This document shows positions 23,248 through 35,842 of a stretch of DNA of 64,000 nt, piece by piece. Position numbers and translations under genes: made by a program. How positions within the stretch are numbered: the stretch's first letter is position 1; every line of letters begins with the position of its first letter. The notes under the pieces were generated by a model. That model was not told where the DNA came from, ran no database searches, and was given only the letters and a program-made list of their open reading frames with translations. The stretch comes from Nemertoderma westbladi (Eukaryota > Animalia > Xenacoelomorpha): positions 1 through 64,000 of the forward strand of contig JAUCBJ010002317.1 of NCBI GenBank assembly GCA_032718475.1, in the 5' to 3' direction.

Positions 23248-25684
23248 TAGTCCGGCAGCAAATAGCACAAATTTTGGTGAACCGTGTTTTTTTATACCCA
23301 TAAAATGTTTTATCGGTTTTGTACTCATTAGACCCTACTAAACAATATTTAGGAGGGTGTCGCCCCTACAACCTTGAGCATTTCTCATAAATCGTGTTAC
23401 CATGGTTACCGGGGTGTTTACATGCAGCTGCCATGTTTTAAACACAATGGTTACAGGATTTACCCCAAACTTGACTAAACCAATGATTGCGAATTCGATG
23501 AGCTTATTTGCAAACCACTGTTACCCTGGTAACCGTTGCTAGGCGCAGTAATCTTCGGTTCACGCCATAGCAAAAACCAACTTAACCATTATGCGACCTC
23601 AGTATCAATATATTCCCTTAGTATATCGCATACTGAACTTGTATTCGACAATTCGAGTCACAGTTATTATGACAACCGTTGCTACGGTAACTACTGTAGT
23701 ATATCATACTGTAGCAACCAGCTACCAAAGCATTCTATGACTATATGATTGTACTGTTTCAACATAGTGCACAGTGGGTTTATTGAACTGGGTTTCTTCT
23801 GGCCACAGTTACCATGACAACTGTTGCTATGTAGACTAGACAATGATTCTAAATATGATTTTAAAGGTCGTTGATATTCACAGGAATTATTGTAGAGGAA
23901 TTACCTTTAGGTAAGTATTTTAGTTCACAATTTTTACTAATAATAAATTGATATATCAATTATCAAAATTGAAATAAATAAATGTTTTTGATTAGATAAT
24001 ATTATATTTAATAATTGAAGTTGAAGTTGAAGCTTGAAAATCCAATAATAAAGAGTTAATTGTATTTTATTTATTAATCAAGCACGTCAAGTAAAAACCT
24101 TACCGGTAGGTATGTCAGTGCCAAAGTATGTAAAAAACTAAAAAGCAACAAGACCTAGACGTTGCATGCAATCAGTGATCGCTGACAGCAGCCAGCTGAT
24201 CGGTAGGTTTCGCCCCGCAACTGAAGGCATTCTCAGGAGGCCAAGCCAGGAAATGTAGAGAGAGATTCCCAAAGGGGGGACGGAACAGGTAACGAAATGA
24301 AGATATGTCTGTACTGTAATTAACCACTGGGAAGCAGCACCGTAAACTTGCGCCAGTCACGTTTCTGCTTGTTGATAACCGGCTTGCGTGTTTGGATGTA
24401 ATACATTTCAAGCTTTTGCAAGACTGGCCGCAATGGGTGTCTAGCAATTACTGTGAAATGTTTAAACAATGATGTGGTTGTTCGCACAGTCTTACCCTGT
24501 TCGCTCCAATCATTGGCTGTCCCATCATCCTGGTGCTGTCTAACGCGTTCAAATAAGTGTTGGATGGTGTGTCCAACATATTCCCCCTTCTTATCTTCAT
24601 TTCGTCTTCATATCTTCATTTCGTTACCTGTTCCGTCCCCCCTTTGGGAATCTCTCTCAACATTTCCTGGCTTGGCCTCCTGAGAATGCTTTCAGTTGCG
24701 GGGCGAAACCTACCGATCAGCTGGCTGCCGTCAGCTGATCACTGATTGCATGCAACGTCTAGGTCTTGTTGCTTTTTAGTTTTTTACATACTTTGACACT
24801 GACATACCTACCGGTAAGGTTTTTACTTAAAGTGCTTGATTAATAAATTAAATACAATTAACTCTTTATATTTAATAATCTTATAATCTTATATTATCTA
24901 ATAATCTTATTATAATATATTATAATCTCATAATAATTTGTGGCATTATTATTATTATTATTTCGTGTCTACTGTAATTGTGATTGCCTTTATTAAGTAC
25001 AATATATGTGATTTTAATATTATATTTTCAAAATTTGATTACACCAAAACAACATGCATACAATACTACCATATTATTAAATTATAAAATAATATGACTA
25101 ACTATGTACTAGGGTGCGAAATCTATATCTTTTAATGACTGGTCGGGGTGTAATAGTAACTCAGTGACGGTAGCCCTACAGTGGAATATATATATCTTGA
25201 TATCATAGTCATATAATGCTTATATCGCTGGTTGGTAGGGGGACTTTGGAGATCCTATTGGACTTAGCAACGATGATAACCGTGACTCGAAACAAAGTTG
25301 AATAACCTTGATATACTGGAAGTAGAGTCACTGTTTTCTAATTCTGAAATTGGTGTTAAATATGGCGTTTCCCGAAGATTACTGCCCCTAACAACGGTTA
25401 CCATGGCACCATGGCAACAGTGCTTCGGGACTGGGTTCATTGCATTTGCTATCATCGATAGAGACCAATTTGGTGTAAATGGTCTAGATATTGAGTGTTT
25501 ATAACAGCGGTTGCTAGGGTCTCAGTCACTGTTGACATGGAAACACGTTTTATTCAAATTGCTCAAGGCTGAGAGAGCGACACCCTCCCTAATATTGACT
25601 AGTATGGTATTGTGGTCATGAAACTGATGAGACATTTTATGGGTATAAAATTGCACGGTTCATCACTTTGCTGCCGGACTAATA
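23248..25684. mobile_element. Old foldback/TIR element (or two inverted copies of one repeat) with diverged ~160-bp arms and X-box-like internal motifs
   Basis: 23248-23405 (TAGTCCGGCAGCAAA..TGAACCGTG..TTTTATACCCATAAAATGT..GGAGGGTGTCGC..CCTTGAGCA..CGTGTT.CCATG) matches the reverse complement of ~25535-25684. Confidence 0.6.
24051..24866. mobile_element. Young 816-bp element with ~257-bp inverted repeats (MITE/foldback or inverted Penelope-type pLTR pair)
   Basis: 24051-24307 and 24609-24866 are near-identical inverted repeats with only a handful of differences. Unique ~300-bp spacer, TA on both flanks, no coding capacity. Confidence 0.85.
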
Positions 25685-25692
25685 GGGCTTGA

Positions 25693-25839
<147 letters not shown>

Positions 25840-26381
25840 ATGTACACTTTACAAACTCTATTCATTCAGCCGTCATTACTAGAAATATGCAACTCTTGGG
25901 TGTTTATATTAATTTTAATTCATTTTATGAATAAAAGAGTTTCAGCCGATTTGGGGTGATTTGTATTTACGAAAATGTTTTTAATTCTATCGATATTCTA
26001 GAACTTCCTTGCGTATAAAAGTAGAATCGTAGGTTGAAATGCAAATCAGCGACACCGAATTGACAGGGAAAACTTCGATCCTTTCGGAGAAGAAAGTAGA
26101 GCTCTAAAAATCGCAAAAAACTGATGAGCCCTCCGGCATCAGATTGGTTATAAAAAAATTGTTGTTTGCGATATTGATGAAATTTGTTATGCTGGTACAT
26201 ATTGAATTTATAAGGTTGCCTTTTAAGAATTTTGAAATAAAATGAATATGGCCCGAGACTTTATATGGCTGCGGACTTTTGAATTTTGCATCGAGGGCCT
26301 CCGCGGATCCAAATTTTCGGACCTTAATATTCAATTTTATTAAAACATATTAAGCTTTTTAATAGAGCAGGAATAATTATT

Positions 26382-26516
26382 TATTACATGGGAAAAAAAG
26401 TAGAACTTTTTTTTCATTATTCCCGAGGCATTTTATTTACCCAGCGTCAGCGAGGTTAATAAAGGGTCGAGAGAATATTGAACAAAAAATATTCTACGTT
26501 TTTTTCCCATGTAATA
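26382..26516. mobile_element. Short palindromic MITE-like element
   Basis: TATTACATGGGAAAAAAAGTAGAA / TTCTACGTTTTTTTCCCATGTAATA arms around core CCCAGCGTCAGCGAGG, which resembles the reverse complement of the core of 599-742. Confidence 0.65.
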
Positions 26517-27575
26517 CGTAATTTTATTATTAAATTGGTACTTGTTTGTTGCTAAATTATTTAATAAAACATAGCGATATACTACAGTAGGCCGACAGTA
26601 CAGGTGTTACAAAATAAATTGAACTGCAGTATTTTACTATATTGCTTCCATTAGTTACTGTGATTCCAATTACTCAACTCTTCAACTCCTGATGCTGCCT
26701 TACTCAATGTTAAATAATTTAGTAGTGTTCTCGAATATTTATTATGTAACTAGAGAGCCGTTTAATTACATAAACCAATATTGGATATTGAGTTCCGTTT
26801 TGGAGTTCGTCTTGCAGACACTAAAGTTGCAATAACTTTTGAGTGTCTGCATGGATTTTGTTCAAATTACTTGCAAACATTTTCTACGTCGATGCTCTTT
26901 CAATATATGTAATACAATTTAAGAAATTCCACCAAAAATATTTTACTTTACTTTTTTTCGCCGGGAAAAAAGTAAAATCAAAGCAATCCTATGGGTTACT
27001 TCTTTTCCCTAGGGAAAAAAGTGAAACTATTTCACCCGATTTTGGGGTATATTCGAACGAAAAAGTAACAATTTAAGAATAAAATTTATTCTGCCCGATT
27101 CTAGTCCCAAAGTCAGGATTTTCAAAGTTTGTAATTTTAACATTTCTGAAAAGGGAAATGCTTTGGAGGGCCGTGCACCATGAAGGGATGTTTGTTTCAA
27201 TGAATGAAAATCCCCCAAAACCCTTTTGAAAATGCTACAGATTGAAAATCCCTTTCGTTAGATGTATTAGATGCACAAGGGACATACATTTCAGGTTCAG
27301 CCCTAAACTATGAACTAAAATCTGATGAATCACAAGATTTACGATACAAATTATCAGGTACCGGTAACAATGTTTCTGAACAATAATCCACAATAAAAAA
27401 AATAAACAAAAAAAACCGACAAAACCGACGAAGAGTTAAGTGAATAAATAATAATAAAGGTGAGCAGAAAAAGTTAATGAAGTTACAGAAAAACTTTAAA
27501 CGGACAAAAAATTAGTTCCTTTTCATTCAATTAACTACAGAATGTAATTCAGCACATTATTAGATATTATTGTCT

Positions 27576-27756
27576 CTAATTAGTTTCGTCAATATTATTC
27601 TCGTTGTTTGGTTGATTCTCATTTCTGTCCAATACAATCTCCATCTGTCTGATGTAACGGATTGCGGCCCGAAGTGTTTCTACTTTGCTGAGTTTTTTAA
27701 CTGCCACAGCTTCCGGTAAATGATCCCGAAGACGCAGGTAGGCTTTGTTTACGCAC
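27576..27756 (-). CDS. ASCL3-like: Achaete-scute class b bHLH gene, coding exon 2 (helix-loop-helix and C-terminus)
   Basis: After acceptor ..CACACAG|G it reads (R)CVNKAYLRLRDHLPEAVAVKKLSKVETLRAAIRYIRQMEIVLDRNENQPNNENNIDETN*. The phase-2 junction fits exon 1. RVRCVN..Y..LR.HLP and LSKVETLRAAI.YI are ASCL3/4/5-type. Confidence 0.93.
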
Positions 27757-28276
27757 CTGTGTGAATGTTAATATTATACTGCAGGATGTGGTCACTAGTG
27801 ATATGGAAAAGATACCCGCGGAAAAAATACGGTTCCTGTTAGTGGCCGAGTGTAAATATATTGCACAATTTCATCAAAACTTCAACAAAAAATATAAAAA
27901 AAAATAGAATTAAATATATAATTATTACTCTGAGCACTCTCCTCACTTTTTTTTACACCATTTTGAATAAAATAATCTATATTATTATTGCACCAGATGC
28001 AACACAACACTATTTTATACAGGTGGAATCTTATGTCCACTGTTTCGTCCATACAATGGCTGGCTATTGGATGGGTGTTTTATGTGTTACAATGGTTGCT
28101 TAGCTACCGGTAAATTTAAATAACTAATATACTAAGAGGGTCATTTTTATATCTATATGTTTCTATCTAACTTATGTTCTATTTGAATTTGGATTAGGAG
28201 ACAGCTTCATTACACAATAACTCCAGTGCAATGGAAACAATTAACTTTACGCGCGACCGTATGCATGCAGACTTAC

Positions 28277-28515
28277 CTCACCCGAAGTCTCTCCCGTTCA
28301 TTTCTTTTCCTCACGAAATAACCCGCATCAGTCCACTGTTCTCCCTGAGTTCCGTAGCCGCTCTCTGATTGGTAACAGCTGTCTGTGGAACCGGTGTAGT
28401 CGTAGTAACAGGCGGCGTCATTGAGATATGAGAGGTCTAAACTAGTTTGGCTGGAAGTCGGACCAATGAAAAATTGTGTCTGTTCCATAACTGGTAGTAA
28501 TTTATTTGATTGCAT
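28277..28515 (-). CDS. ASCL3-like: Achaete-scute class b bHLH gene, coding exon 1 (N-terminus and basic region)
   Basis: MQSNKLL...AGYFVRKRNERERLRV(R), ending at a consensus donor AG|GTAAGT (28276-28271). A 520-bp intron spans 27757-28276 and the spliced product is 139 aa. The start could be the second Met. Confidence 0.9.
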
Positions 28516-28699
28516 TTAATACCAAAAATAAACCTTTTTATGAGTTTATGGTAAATAAATATGCAATAGTATAGTTGTAACTATTCGTTCATCGTTAAAG
28601 TTATGGAGTTAATAGTATTTACTTAGTTAATAATATTTACTCACGTCTAAATTCAATGATATAGGCCTATTGTTTGAAACATAAATATATCCTGAAGAG

Positions 28700-28735
28700 T
28701 CACACTGGCCGATAATACTGGGGTCGCGTTTTATA
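28700..28735 (-). promoter_or_regulatory. Candidate core promoter (TATA + Inr) of the ASCb gene
   Basis: Minus-strand TATAAAA at 28735-28729 in GC-rich flanks, with CCAGTG Inr-like A at 28706 (29 nt downstream). Lies ~190 nt upstream of the ATG. Confidence 0.5.
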
Positions 28736-30836
28736 CGCCGGAGACGGCGGAGATGTGATTGATGCATTTAGAATAGAGACAGCCAATTACGTTAGGGAAA
28801 CAGTAAACCCTGCGGTATTTCGAACAATAGATTATCTCTGCGGGATGCGGTTCATTAACAGAAGTATACAGACGAGTCGACGAATGCATTCCTCACAACT
28901 CAACCCTATTGAGCGAGAGGATTCATCTCAGCATTGATTCTGTTACTCCGTCTCTCTAACAATCGTTACCCTCTCCCATTGATTTATCGAGCGAACAGCC
29001 AATTATTTTCTAAGCGGAGAATTTCTCATCGAAGTGGCGCGTTCATATAAACTCTGAGATGGGGCCGATGTTATTCTTGTTAGGAGAGGGGAGAGGGGCC
29101 ATCAATCAACGCCATGTGAAGAGGACCAACGGTTTAAGTTAGGGTATATGGTCACCGCCCGCGGCCACTAAACCATCAGTGGTTCTAATTGGAATACTTG
29201 ATGCCCCGTATCTCTATATACCAGAGACGGGGGAATGATAGGGAGAGAGTGAGAGATTCATTCACTACAATTATGGATATATATCTGGATAACGATGGCT
29301 GCAATAATTTTTGTGCCTTTTAAAATGTGACAAATATTGTTTCTCAATACTAGTGACGGGCCTAGCGGCCCGATAAGGAACCGACTTTTTATTTTATTAA
29401 ATAAAAGAGACAACGAGAATTAGTATAGAACTAATAATTATGTAAAAATACAATCATATTTCATACAATAATTATTAATAAATTCGATCTATTATTAGTT
29501 GCTCAATTCTAGAACAAAATCGACCTGCAACTAGTGAAGACCTCGTTTTGGAATTTCGAAACCACGCTGGTGCGATGCGCGATATCGTGTTTAGTTAATA
29601 AATTGATAACTCCATCAATTCATGTGCAACCAGTAATAAGAAATCGCGATAAATGTAATTAAATAAAAATTATTCTAGAAAAATTTTCCTCAAAAAGTAT
29701 GAAGTCTTGGCATTGGTGACGCGAAACTAGGCTAGTGGGATTCAGGATATTGCGTTTAATATAAAAATCGAAAACGCTATCGAATTCCGTAAAGGCGTTT
29801 ATAAAATACTGCAACTTTTTTGAAATTTGTAAAATTCTAGAACTGGAAAAAATTAATTTTTGAACGGCGCTGTTTGGGGTTTCGAAACATGGATAGGCTG
29901 AAAAAGGACATCGAATTAAGTTGAAAAATGAAAACCCCATCCAATTTGGACAAAGCGTTCCGGAGTTATAGCGGATCGAAAAAAATTGACCCCCCCCAGT
30001 CGCCAAAAATTTACAGCAATTTAAAATTTTGCAAAAATTTTTTTTTGCGTTATTTTTGATGGCGAACCGATTGGCAGTACTGGCTACGAAAAATTTTTTT
30101 TTGAAATTTTTGGTCAGAAAAAAAAACATGGAAAAAGTATATTTTTAAAAAGATTTGATGTCTTTGCCTATGGTCAGAGAATGATCTAACTCTGTAACTT
30201 GGCAATCGCTCAAATCCATTCAGCTGAATGGCACAGTAGAGTAAACTAAAGTAAATTCCCTATACAATGTTCTGAAGGGGAGAGTTACAGAGAGTAATCC
30301 AACAATAAAACATTTTGCAATAATGTTGGCATTAATGTAGCCAACACACTGTGTACTTAAGTCATTCAGCTTACATTAGCAGAGTGAGATGCTTCCATAG
30401 AATACATTGGGAAGAGTAATTCAGCTGAGGCGATATTAGATTTCAAACTAAACCAACCAGTTAATAATGTTTGCTTTGACGGAAAGTGCAGGGCCTAAAC
30501 AAACAGTATGGGTGTACTAAGTACAATATTCTTGGCAACCTCATCGATTTATACTAAGCCTTGTGTAGAAATCCATTACATTTAAGCCATTTTTCATCAC
30601 GACACCAGCTGTTATTGGTGTTATTTTACATTGCGCCTATGGCGTTTTTTCGTTTATGTCTATTTTTCGAGCCCACGGCTCATGGACGAAATAGCGGAAC
30701 ATACCAGGGACCTTAGAATCGCGGTATCTAGCCGCTGTGAAAATTTCATCAAAATCGTTAGAGTAGTTTTGGCTGTAGATCAGTCAGTCAGCCAGCCTCG
30801 AGCAATTCTTACAGTAATGAACCTCTCGGTTCCTAA

Positions 30837-32093
30837 CTAGAGACAGCGTCAAGACGCCGTTAAGCAAGTCGGAAGTCGTCAATCAAAGGTAAGTTCCCTC
30901 AACAATGTTTACCTTTGTTCAGAAGGGAAGTGTTATTTATCTATGGTCAGAGAGAGATCCCACTCTGTAAGTTGGCAATTGCTCAAATCCATTCAGCTGA
31001 ATGACTCAGTAGAGTAAACTAAAGTAAATTCCCTCAGCCTCAACAATGTTTGCCTATGGTGTGAAGGGAATCTGACAGAGAATAATCTTAGCCACTAAAT
31101 GTCATTCACCTAACAAAACATTTTGAATGCCACAGTGATTAACCCAATACAGATAATAAGCAGTTATTTTTATATTTCAAACTATAATGTTAGTGTAAGC
31201 CTTACAGAGTATCAGTATGAGGCTGAGTAAACATTCCGCCTTATAAGCATACAGCTTCCAATGTATTAATGTTTGCCAAAAGATTTAAAAATAAAATACA
31301 GTGCAATAGTACTCTGTAACCTACAGTCATTCAGCTTGCACTAAATATCAATCACCTATAAAACATTTAAACATTTTGAATGCCACAGTGTGTAACCTGA
31401 TACAGATAATAAGCAGTGATTTTTATGTTTTAAACTATAACGTTAGTGTTAGCCTTACAGTGTATCAGTATGAAGCTGAGTAGTATAAGGCTGAGTAAAC
31501 ATTCCACCTTATAAACATACAGCCTCCACAGTATTAATGTTGGCATTAATGTAGCCGATACACTGTATACCTAATAGTCATTCAGCAGGGGGAAGAGTTA
31601 TTCAGCTGAGGCGGTAATAGATTGCAAACTAAACCAACCAGTTGGCAGCCTCATCGATTTATACTAAGCCTGTGTAGAACCACAAACTAAATCAACCAGT
31701 TAATATTTGCTTTGACAGAGAGTGAGGGCCTAAACAAACAGTATGGGTGTACTGAGTACAATAATCTTGGCAACCTCATCGATTTATACTAAGCCTTGTG
31801 TAGAAATCCATTACATAAGCCATTTTTCAGCAGGACACCAGCTGTCATTGGTGTTATTTCACCATTGCGCCTATGGCGTTTTTTCGTTTATGTCTATTTT
31901 TCGAGCCCAGAGGCTATGGACGGAGTAGCCGATCATGCCAGGGACCTTAGAATCGCGGTATCTAGATGCTGTGAAAATTTCATCAAAATCGTTAGAGCAG
32001 TTTTGGCTGTAGATCAGTCAGCCAGTCAGTCAGCCAGCCAGTCAGTCAGTCAGCTAACAATTCTTACAGTAATCAAGTCTAACGACTTGCTAA
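30837..32093 (-). mobile_element. HINE unit of a second subfamily (type-2 termini) inside the array
   Basis: 5' TTAGCAAGTCGTTAGACTTG; 3' CCGACTTGCTTA-ACGGCGTC-TT-GACGCTGT-CT-CTAG. Joined precisely to type-1 units on both sides. Confidence 0.8.
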
Positions 32094-33637
32094 CTAGTGA
32101 CGGGCCTAGCGGCCCGATAAGGAACCGACTTTTTATTTTAAATAAAAGAGACAACGAGAATTAGTATAGAACTAATAATTATGTAAAAATACAATCATAT
32201 TTCATACAATAATTATTAATAAATTCGATCTATTATTAGTTGCTCAATTCTAGAACAAAATCGACCTGCAACTAGTGAAGACCTCGTTTTGGAATTTCGA
32301 AATCACGCTGGTGCGATGCGCGATATCGTGTTTAGTTAATAAATTGAAAACTCCATCAATTCATGTGCAACCAGTAATATGAAATCGCTATAAATGTAAT
32401 TAAATAAAAATTATTCTAGAAAAATTTTCCTCAAAAAGTATGAAATCTTGGCATTGGTGACGCGAAACTAGGCTAGTGAGATTCAGGATATTGCGTTTAA
32501 TATAAAAATCGAAAACGCTATCGAATTCCGTAAAGGCGTTAATAAAATACTGCAACTTTTTTGAAATTTGTAAAATTCTAGAACTAGAAAAAATTAATTT
32601 TTGAACGGCGCTGTTTGGGGTTTCGAAACATGGATAGGCTGAAAGAGGACATCGAATTAAGTTGAAAAATGAAAACCCCATCGAATTTGGACAAAGCGTT
32701 CCGGAGTTATAGCGGATCAAAAAAAATTGACCCCCCCCAGTCGCCAAAAATTTACAGTAATTTAAAATTTTGCAAAAAAAATTTTTTACGTTATTTTTGA
32801 TGGCGAATCGATTGGCAGTACTGACTACGAAAACATTTTTTTGAAATTTTTGGTCAGAAAAAAAAACATTAAAAAGTATATTTTTAAAAAGATTTGTCTT
32901 TGCCTATGGTCAGAGAATGATCCAACTCTGTACTTGGCAATCGCTCAAATCCATTCAGCTGAATGCACAGTAGAGTAAACTAAAGTAAATTCCCTATACA
33001 ATGTTCTGAAGGGGAGACTGACAGAGAGTAATCCAACAATAAAACATTTTGCAATAATGTTGGCATTAATGTAGCCAACACACTGTGTACTAAACCGTCA
33101 TTCAGCTTACATTAGCAGAGTGAGATATTCGCATAGAATGCATTGGGAAGAGTAATTCAGCTGAGGCGATAATAGATTTCAAACTAAACCAACCAGTTAA
33201 TATTTGCTTTGACAGAGTGTCCTAGGGCCTAAACAAACAGTATGGGTGTACTGAGTACAATAATCTTGGCAACCTCATCGATTTATACTAAGCCTTGTGT
33301 AGAAATCCATTACATAAGCCATTTTTCATCACGACACCAGCTGTTATTGGTGTTATTTTACCATTGCGCCTATGGCGTTTTTTCGTTTATGTCTATTTTT
33401 CGAGCCCACAGCTCATGGACGAAATAGCGGAACATACCAGGGACCTTAGAATCGCGGTATCCAGCCGCTGTGAAAATTTCATCAAAATCGTTAGAGTAGT
33501 TTTGACTATAGATTAGCCAGTCAGCCAGTCAATCAGCCAACAATTCTTACAGTAATGAACCTCTCGGTTCCTGACTAGTGACGGGCCTAGCGGCCCGATA
33601 AGGAACCGACTTTTTATTTCAAATAAAAGAGACAACG

Positions 33638-34070
33638 AGCTCGGCTCGGCTCGGCTCGGCTCGGCTCGGCTCGGCTCGGCTCGGCTTGGCTTGGCTCGGC
33701 TCGGCTTGGCTCGGCTCGGCTCGGCTCGGCTCGGCTCGGCTCGGCTCGGCTCGGCTCGGCTCAGCTCGGCTCGGCTCGGTTCAGCTCGGCTCGGCTCGGC
33801 TCGGATCGGCTCGGCTCGGCTCGGTTCGGCTCGGCTCGGCTCGGTTCGGCTCGGCTCGGCTTGGCACGGCTCGGCACGGCTCGGCTCGGCTCGGCTCGGC
33901 TCGGCTCGGCTCGGCTCGGCTCGGCTCGGCTCGGCTCGGCTCGGCTCGGTTCGGCTCGGCTTGGCTTGGCTCGGCTCGGCTTGGCTCGGCTTGACTCGGC
34001 TCGGCTCGGCTCGGCTCGGCTCGGCTCGGCTCGGCTCGGCTCGGCTCGGCTCGGCTCGGCTCGGCTCGGT
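33638..34070. repeat. (GCTCG)n pentanucleotide microsatellite in a B-type unit
   Basis: Directly visible; starts immediately after AAAAGAGACAACGA. Confidence 0.97.
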
Positions 34071-34334
34071 CTGAGTCGACTCCCCGTGCTGCTCGAAGGG
34101 CGCAAATACATATATCGAAGGGTCAAAGCAAAACTCACGTGCTGCTCGAAGGGACAAAGTCAAACAATGTGTCTATTATTTGATGTAATCCATGTGCTGC
34201 TCGAAGGGCGCAAATACATATATCGAAGGCTCAAAGCAAAACTCACGTGCTGCTCGAAGGGACAAAGTCAAACATTGTGTCTATTATTTGATTATCTCAC
34301 GTGCTGCTAGAAGGGCGCAACTACATATATCGAA

Positions 34335-34954
34335 ACACGTTCGTGGGGACTTCGCGCAGCACGTAGTCGACAAGCCTTGGCATACGGTTCATATAGAGCA
34401 AATGGGGCATGTCTAGTTTGGACCCCATATCCCATGCTATAAATGTATTCATTTGATATACAATCATATGTTAATCCGCTAGGTGGTGTCAAATTGTTAT
34501 TCTGCAATTTCGTACTTACCAGTGCAGCACTGTACAGCAGTACCGTACCGGTAGGCCTATGTCATTACTTCTGAGTCTCTAGCGGATCCCCAATTAAATG
34601 TCTTAACTTTTCAATTTCGTAAAAGATAGACTTCATGATTCTCTACAGGCCACCAAAATTTCAGCTCAGGAAAATGAGGCCTTCCCGAGAAATTTAACAT
34701 TTTCTAAAAACCACATAATCTGCCGTAGCTGACGTCAGACTGCATGATTTTTCACCAAACTTTACAAACTTTCTAAACTTTCTCTTTACTACTTACCTAC
34801 TAAGTTTGGTTCAATTCCGAACGAGCGATGCCGAGAAATTCGCGTTCAAACATTTACCAGACAGACGGACGGACAGACAGACAGACAGACGGACATGCCC
34901 CATTTGCCCTATATGAACCGTATGCAAAGGCTCGCCGACTACGTGTCTCGCCCC
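34335..34954 (-). mobile_element. 620-bp DINE-1/HINE-like insertion nested in a B-type unit
   Basis: Interrupts CGAAACAAGCCCC, which is intact at 37220, 47406 and 52413. ~65-bp subterminal inverted repeats (34343-34413 vs 34892-34956), (GACA/GACG)n microsatellite at 34858-34894, small terminal hairpin CACG-TT-CGTG. No TSD; can be placed at a T|T site. Confidence 0.7.
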
Positions 34955-35842
34955 ACAAGCCCCTGTCTTGTATTTTAATTATATCAGAAATCCTTGCCTT
35001 CAGTACAAATATCTAAAAATTCATTCACCTGAAGTATGGGTAACATTATAAATTCGTTTTTCGCACAGTAGAGTTAACTAAGCAAAAATACCCTCCAGGT
35101 TGACTGAATGATTTTATTAATGTTTGCCATGCATAATGTACTATATTTGGGTACCATGACCCACCCCCATTGAACAGCTTTGCTTACATCTGATAGAAAG
35201 TAATCCCAAATTAACATCCCTCTACGAAAATTATTTTAATTAAATACATACAACATAGCAGTCTACTCTACAGTCAACAGTTCACAATAACTAAAATGGC
35301 ATTCAGCTTACCAGCTATTCGCATTAAGCTAATAGATATACGATTTCATTCGATTCAGTGAGTGTGTGAGGGCTATTGGGAGAGCAATCAGCTTATGATG
35401 TAATACATTAGAATCCCACGGCTTTTGTTTGCTTACTGTCTGAGTTGTAGAGTGAGGATAATACTTGGCACAGAAAGCATTTCCTTGTTAGGTGGCCATT
35501 CCTATAGAATAGCATTACTAGGCTATCTCTATCCATTTTTCATGAGTGCCAGCTGGTGTTTTTACCATTGCGCCTATGGCTTTTTTCGTTTATCTCTATT
35601 TTTCGAGCCCAGAGGCTATGGACGGAGTAGCGGATCATGCCAGGGACCTTAGAATCGCGGTATCTAGATGCTGTGAAAATTTCATCAAAATCGTTAGAGT
35701 AGTTTTGGCTGTAGATCAGCCAGCCAGTCAGCCAGTCAGCTAACAATTCTTACAGTAATGAACCTCTCGGTTCCTAACTAGTGACGGGCCTAGCGGCCCG
35801 ATAAGGAACCGACTTTTTATTTCAAATAAAAGAGACAACGAG

